Translations under genes and position numbers: made by a program
Shown: piece by piece, positions 56,919 to 64,000 of the stretch
Position numbering within the stretch: position 1 is the stretch's first letter
Layout: each line of letters starts with the position of its first letter
Source of the DNA: the human T2T-CHM13v2.0 reference genome, Homo sapiens
Strand: one strand, 5' to 3'
Length of the DNA stretch: 64,000 nt
Assembly: GCF_009914755.1 (NCBI RefSeq)
Contig: NC_060934.1
Notes under the pieces: generated by a model
Told to the model about the DNA's origin: nothing
The model's database searches: none
Seen by the model: only the letters and a program-made list of their open reading frames with translations

Positions 56919-59085
56919 CTACCTAAGAAATAAGACTAAGATCAAAGCACAAAACCAATCTTAAAGGGTCTTTGTATCTACCACTTTATGAGTATGTCTT
57001 TGTATCTAAGTGCATATATTTATATTCATAAGCAGAATATCCTCATCAAGAACTTCAACTTGCCCATCACAAAGTCTCAAGCCCCAGTGGGTGCAAGATA
57101 AGCCCAAGCACAAGAATATTGCAAATTATTTCCTTGGGGATGGTGGGTGGTGAAGCTCTGTAGTTCTCCAGCATTTGCCCTTTCAACTACACACTTCTCT
57201 CCCTTCAAATGTTCAAAGGCCCATGCCTAGGAGATCTAAGGTACTGAGAGCTTTATCACCCAATAAATATCATTGGAATGACTTGAGCCTCCCAAAATAA
57301 AAACAATTACATTGAGTAACATTCTCCTTCTGAATGCATGTTAGACACAAACCAAAGTATGGTAAGTAGAGATTTAAAGAGAAAAATACATAAACTTTGC
57401 CAAATGTACTTTAGATCACATTCGTCATTTAGATTAACTTGACTGACAATTGGAAAGAGAGACAAAAATTGAACTGGCATAATGTCCGATGGCCCATGTT
57501 TCACTGGTCAGCTCACTTCTTTATTTCTTGCGATTTGTCTTGAGCTGAAGCAATATTTGCCAGATGTGGTTCTATTTGGCAATATCCCCAGGGACCAGCT
57601 GGCAATTAAAATATATTCTATTAAAGTCATAATGCAAAGTGTACAGTCATGGACATTCTTAAAACCCATCTTCCTTTTTTCAGAGCACAGAAAGATCACA
57701 GAAATGTGTCACTGGACATCTGTACAAAATGCACACTTAATTACATTGTGTACAAATATTTCTAATGTCACCTGCAACCTTTCTGAAATAGCATCATTTA
57801 GGGGTACTTATTAAAGATTTAGATTCCTGAGGTCCAGCCACAATCCTCTGTAACAGAATTTTGACAGATGGTGCCCAAAAATCTAATTTTAATGAATTCC
57901 CTAGCTGACTGCTATAAACCAGTGTTCTGGGTAATATTCATATATCTTGTTAGTTTCCTTTCAATCTAGCAGAATTAAAAATTTCACCCTTTCTTACTCC
58001 TTTTAAAAATAAGATCAAGTGTAAGAAGTGACAATGCATTAATACATCAACAGGCTCCCTGTGCGTTATGTTATTTTATTTCAATGAAACATTTATATAC
58101 ACTTCTACTTACTCTTTTATGAGCTTACATTTGCTTCACCACCAAGACTATTTTTTAAACTACACTTATAATCATGAATCTGTCTGACAAGTGAACACAG
58201 CTGAAACACAATTAGTATAATTTCAGAAAGAACATCTGTTTTCTTCCACATTTATATTTTCAGAGGTTTTATGTTAACAAGTCATTTCAGGTAGGTTTTA
58301 TGCACACAGGTAGTAAAAGGAACATAAAAATAAGGCCGAAACTGAGTTATTTTGTTGGGTGGATTTTAAATCTTTAGGGATTTTTTTTTAAGCAGGCCAA
58401 TTCCATTGGCTTCAAAAAGCAACATGCTTATCCACAAATGATGGTAAATCAATCTCATCCTACCCTGAGTTAAATACAAGCTGTGTAAACAAAAACTGGC
58501 TCTCAGGTGAAAACAAACCCAAATTATCACCCACCTACAAGACTAACTGTTTCTAAGTTACTACATTCATATGAAAACCGCAGGGGGGAAATGTCTTTTT
58601 GTTTAGAAAAGAATGAGGGTAAAAATGGAAACCCTTACTTTTTGAAAAGAACCACAACCTTTCAGAAATCTAAGCTTTACATGGGTTACCTAATTATATG
58701 GTGTTCAGCCTAATGACTGCGTGAAGAGAGGTGAACGGCACAAAGGCAGCAGGAGCAGGACTTTGAATAGGGCCCCATCATCCATGTAAATTGCAAAGTA
58801 GAAGCCGGCATATGTGACTCAAAACAAATATTAAGATTGACATGAACTGCAAATTCAAACAAGAGGACACCACGGAGCCACACAGAAAAAAGCTTCCGCG
58901 CCTGATCACTTGTCAGATCTTCCAGAATATCACTCCTTGGGAATATTCCATAGGAAAGGGGGCTTATGTTGGGGGACATTCAAGAGGGTGACACTCTTGA
59001 TGTCACTATCTCCAAGGGTGTCTGAATATATATGGAATGGCAACATGGCTTCTCGCACAGATTCCTACACGTAACCCATTGCTAG

Positions 59086-59634
59086 TGTCAGAGGCATCTG
59101 AACCACAGCAACTCCATCTTGAGAAGGGAATGGGTAAAATGAGGCTGAAACCTACTGGGCTGCATTCCCAGATGGTTAAGCCATTTTAAGTCACAGAATG
59201 AGATAGGAGGTTGGCAAAAGATACATGTCATAAAGACCTTGCTGACAAAACAGCTTGCAGTAAAGAAGCCAGCTAAAACCCACCAAAACCAAGATGGCGA
59301 CGAGAGTGACCTCTGGTCATCCTCAGTGCTACACTCCCACCAGCATCAAGACAGTTTACAAGTGCCCATGGCAACATCAGGCCGGTACCCTACATGGTCT
59401 AAAAAGGGGAGGCATGAATAATCCACCCCTTGTTTAGCATATCATCAAGAAATAACCATAAAAGTGGGCAACCAGCAGCCTTCGGGGCTGCTCTGTCTAC
59501 GGAGTAGCCATTCTTTTATTCTTTTACTTCTCTAGTGAACTTGCTTTCACTTTATGGACTCACCCTGAATTCTTTCTTGTGTGAGATCCAAGAACGTCTT
59601 TTGGGGTCTGAATCAGGACCCGTTTCCTGTAACA
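59086..59634 (+). mobile_element. Solo ERV1 LTR (MER41A-like)
   Basis: TGTCAGAGGC...CCTGTAACA termini, 4-bp TSD CTAG, 549 bp. Confidence 0.88.
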
Positions 59635-60017
59635 CTAGGTTTAAGGGAAGCTCATCTGACATTTCTCAATAAGTATTTGCTCCAATCTACCATCCATCAG
59701 AGCTCAGGAAGAATAAAAAATGTAACACAGCAGAAGAGAGGCTTGGAGTTCAAAGTGTGTGTATACATATTTTTTTCTATTCCTTAATAAATTCAAACCC
59801 TAAATGCTAACCATATTGGAACAGTGGACTGGCCTTCACTCTTCAGTCTTCTCATGACAATGTGGTGCTCTATAAATCTTGTTTTGCATAAGGACAGGGA
59901 AAAGAAGAAATCATCAACTCAGCAGAGATGTGAACTTGAGGGCCAATAATTGCTTTTACATTATTTTCCTTAATGTCTTGTTCCCTACTCTGTCCTCAGA
60001 TCATAGCAGAGAACAAA

Positions 60018-60120
60018 CAAGGAGGAGGAAGAACAGGAGGAGGAGGGGGAAAAGAGGAGGAAGAAGAAAGAAAGATTAAAGAAGAAGAAAGAAGGAAGGA
60101 GGAGGGGAGAAAAAGAAAAT
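60018..60120 (+). repeat. Purine-rich (GGA/GAA) tract
   Basis: Read directly from the sequence. Confidence 0.85.
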
Positions 60121-60754
60121 AATAATAATGATAGTCTCAATTTTAGACTATTATGTACCATATTAAGGACTTAACATTCACTCCCTCACTCATACATTTT
60201 TTCAAGGTATGACGGTATGAAATTTTTCAAACAATCATAACATCTGCTAAATTTTCATTTCCTTACTACTCATCTATTTCATTTATTTTCTTATTTTTAT
60301 TAGAATAATTTTAGTCAATTCCACAAAACAAATAACTGTAATTTTAATGAGCATTGCACTGAATCTATAAAATGCCTTAAAGAAAAATGATATCATAACA
60401 AAATGTCAGTCTTTTCCTATGAGAAGGTGGTATATTCCTCCATTTCTTCGAATATTTTATTATAACTTTAAATGAAGTTTCATCATTTTGTTCTATATGT
60501 CTGTCACTGGGCAAAGAAATTATCATACTATCATTTTTATACATTTATCTTGTACTCAAGATGATCCACTTTTTCCTTTTAATAGTGAATAACAGTATAG
60601 AGTCTTATCTGAAAATAGTGATTCTGGTTTCTTCCATAGGAACACCTAGAATTATTACCTTATGTGCTTGATCTCTTCCTCTTAGCTTCTTTTCACTGAA
60701 TTTATCTCTTTATTCTTTCTCATTTATCTAAGTCATTCTCCTATCTAATCCCTT

Positions 60755-61280
60755 TGTAGTGGGCATGTGTTAAATTTTTTTGTCAGCCTAGGTTTTTTAA
60801 TTTGGAAACAGCTCCCCCATCACTCCATGTGATTGGTGGGCCTCTGAAGTTCAGCCTGCCTTCATGTTGACTTAGGCTGTCCTGCCAGATACCCCATCCA
60901 TTTGGAAACCATGATTAATGAAATCGGACAGACACGTAACCCAACCAAGGCCAGAGTCATTTGAATGATCTGAGGCTGGAGGAGAAAGAGCTTCTCTTCT
61001 TTTCTCTGAGATCAGCTGCTGTAAGGATGATTAAAGTTTGGAAACACCAGCTGTCACCTTGAAGCCACAGAGAAAGCACCTGTCTGAAAGTGTCATACAC
61101 AGCCCAGAGCCCAAAGATGGGAAGAGAGGAAGAGTACTGGTAACACTGTAAAGCCTCCAGCCCACTTATGCCTGAAGATAGCTTGGATTTGTCAATTACA
61201 TACACAACAGAATCTCATTTTTCACTTGCACTAACTTGAGATAGATTTCCGTCACGAAATCTAGAGAGTTCTAACACAGC
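60755..61280 (+). mobile_element. MaLR (MLT1-like) LTR
   Basis: Diverged MLT1 motifs; ends CTTGAGATAGATTTCCGTCAC...AGAGTTCTAAC. Confidence 0.55.
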
Positions 61281-61296
61281 CTCCATTTCACTTTTC

Positions 61297-61595
61297 ATTT
61301 TTTTTCTTTTTTGGAGATGAAGTCTTGCTATGTCACCCAGGCTGAAGTGCAGTGGCATGATCTCAGCTCACTGTAACCTCCACCTCCTGGGTTCAAGTAA
61401 TACTCCTGTCTTAGCCTCCTGAGTAGCTGGGATTACAGGTGAACACCACCACACCCAGATAGTTTTTGTATTTTTAGTAGAGATGAGGTTTATCATGTTG
61501 GCCAGGTTGGTCTCAAACTCCTGACCTCAAGTGATCCTCTCACCTTGGCCTCCCAACGTGCTAGGATTACAGGCATGAGTCACTGCACCCAGCCT
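61297..61595 (-). mobile_element. Alu (AluS-like)
   Basis: Reverse Alu. Confidence 0.9.
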
Positions 61596-62274
61596 CACAT
61601 TTTTCTACAGTGCCAAATCTGTTCTTTGTTGCTTCCAACGAATATTTGAATTCCATCAAAATCTGTCTCTGAATTTCTTTATCTCGCCATATTCACTTTC
61701 ACCCTGAGCTCATATTTTTATCTTATTTTATTGTCTTTTAATCTCAGCTTGTTCTCTCCTTATAATCCTCCCACTTCTGTTTCATAAGAGCCATGTCTTT
61801 TGCATGTTCCCTATGCTCGTGCAGAGCATCCAAGGTGCCCGGCTATCCTTTTCTGCATCAATTCATTAAATCCTCACTTCATCCCTGATGTGTCTTGACT
61901 CAACTGGGCTACATCAACACTCCCTTTTAAGACTGGAACTACATCCTCCAGAGTACCTTTCCTTAAATAGTTCTGGGTTAGACATGGCCAATAAGAGAAA
62001 TGCATATGAGATTTTGAAAGTGGATGTGAAATAGACATCTTTATTCTGCAGGTATAGGCAGACACATGTGCAGCTGGAGGATTCACAGTGGCCTTCCAGC
62101 AAGCTTTTTATACTCAGGCAACAGTGATTTGAGACTCTCTGGTAGGTGAGTTAATAAACCAGAGAAAAGCAAAACCTCCACAGACTCTCCTTGAAGTGGA
62201 AGTCAAGGAGATGACTTTCACTTGGAGATGAGAAGATTGAGACAGCTCAGGAATGGCAGCCTTGCAGGAGTGAT

Positions 62275-62275
<1 letters not shown>

Positions 62276-62307
<32 letters not shown>
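62276..62307 (+). repeat. (GCCA)n tetranucleotide repeat
   Basis: Read directly from the sequence. Confidence 0.9.
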
Positions 62308-63739
62308 TGGGGTCTAAAGTCTGCATGGGCAGACAGACCTTAAAGAAAACAAATCCAGCTGACCCAGAACCCTTTGAAGGTTAAACTGATTCTTGGTGAG
62401 AAGAAACTAGACAGGATATATAACCTTTTAAGTTTGTGGAACAGAGGCAAATCATGTAACTGGTATATAGTGGTAATCTTTAAGCAATGGTTCAACCCAT
62501 CTCAGGAAAACCTTTGTCTTTAGCAAAACTCTCACATTAGAGAAGCCCTCCAGGTATCATCAAATAGGCATGTGGACTGCTAATTCCATCTCAAATGATG
62601 CTTATCTTTGTCTAGGCATGCTGTGCATAAAAACCTACTAAATTATTAAATTGTAAATATTATTTTTCTGTAAGAGAATATAAGCCTTTTAAATATAAGT
62701 AAAAGTAGGTTCTGATACTATTCAGAAGAGAGAAAAAGTTTTCAGTCTTCCAAAAGAAGGAGTAAAATACAGAGTTATGGCCAGAATGGCTTATCATTTA
62801 GGATTGCTGTCACTGTTTATAAATCTATAGTTGATAAAAGTTGTCTTATTTTCTTATTCATGATTTAATTTTATCACCACCATATTGTGTAGAAGGCAGA
62901 ATAAGTATTACTAACTATTCTGTCTTAGAGATGAATAAAACACTAATATATCTAATTTTAATGCTAAATCCTAAAGCACTATTATTGTAAGTCTCATCGG
63001 GGAACCACAGAGAGCCATAATTGTTTTTCTAGTATCATTTTACTGATTTATCTTTAAGCTTTCTCACTTTCTGATGGAATAGAAATTGTTTACTGATAAG
63101 TTTTTATTAATTTTAAGAAAGTACATATATCATTCTTGAAAAGAACAGTAAGTCTTTCATTTCCCACGCTGAATACTTCTTTCTAATACACATTGAATTG
63201 ACTACCAATATGGTGTTTTGGAAAAGCTTACCACTCCAATTTCATCACAAGTCTGTATAGACCACATTACTTACAAAACTTAAAATAGAGTTTAAAATTT
63301 GTTTGACTTATTTCAGAACTATTGGACTTCATGTCTCTCATAAGACTGATGAGAACTAATAATGGAACTAGGGCTTTCATTATAAGCCCATCTTTAGGGG
63401 AAAGTCACTGGATAGAATATCTCCAATTTCTCTAATTACATTAGAAAAAACTGGCAGGGGTATGTCCCTTAAGGTACAAAAAGATTTCGATTGGCTGTTT
63501 TTAATCATTTTCTGATTATAGTATTAATAAGATAGGTTCAGGAAACTTTTGGATATGCCCTTCCGACCTAAACATTTCTTAACATAAATTTCACATTGAT
63601 TTGGCCTTTTATAAATTGAACTTCCTTTACTTGTTTCAAATTAACTATGACATCACCCTAAACTCCCAAATCACCCTTTAAAAGTAGAAGGAGGACGAAA
63701 TAGAACCAGTAATGTATGCCAGCAACTTTTAAGATGGAG

Positions 63740-63945
63740 GCTCTGCTGTGAAGCTCTTTACACATAATGTTTCATTTAATACTTGTGAGAATCTTCAGAG
63801 GTAGATATCGTTGTCCCCATTTTACAGATGAGAAAATGGAGATTTAGAGACATTAAGTAACTCATCCAGGGTCATCCACGCAACGTGTGCCCAAGAAACA
63901 TTTTAACCAATGTCTGACTCCAAATTCCTTTCCTAGTATATGCTA
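63740..63945. mobile_element. MIR SINE
   Basis: CCCCATTTTACAGATGAGAAAAT core. Confidence 0.7.
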
Positions 63946-63947
63946 CT

Positions 63948-64000
63948 GATATAGGAGTTAAGAATAAAGTATTTAGGCAGATAGTGAGGGTAAGGAAGTC
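63948..64000 (+). mobile_element. Probable start of an ERV1 LTR (runs off the window)
   Basis: TGATATAGGAGTTAAGAA...TTAGGCAGATAGTGAGGG resembles an LTR 5' end; family not assigned. Confidence 0.45.

Overview
Primate (human-like) genomic DNA, AT-rich and dense in Alu, L1, LTR and DNA-transposon repeats. It lies inside the nebulette gene NEBL on the minus strand. I traced 18 consecutive coding exons by hand (56395 down to 487; 1866 nt = 622 codons, no stops). They match my recollection of exons 6-23 of the cardiac sarcomeric isoform; the exon numbers come from memory, not from an alignment. Each exon encodes one nebulin-repeat-sized unit (31-38 aa). Every intron is phase 0 and splits the SDxxYK motif. 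Two paralogous 93-nt exons use non-canonical GC donors. Almost all ORF-track entries are Alu, L1 or Tigger artefacts, or partial read-throughs of exons. The most unusual structure is a local rearrangement around exon 13 (about 26.4-28.8 kb). A ~235-bp, ~90% identical non-Alu inverted repeat brackets this single exon. It is interleaved with a second ~63-bp inverted repeat and a patchwork of short templated copies. This could act as an RNA-structure module for exon skipping or back-splicing, but that is a hypothesis. Other leads are a candidate 18-nt in-frame microexon, a donor-containing 26-bp templated insertion, a CpG micro-patch, and nested or rare transposons. I found no tRNA, rRNA, CRISPR or prokaryotic system.
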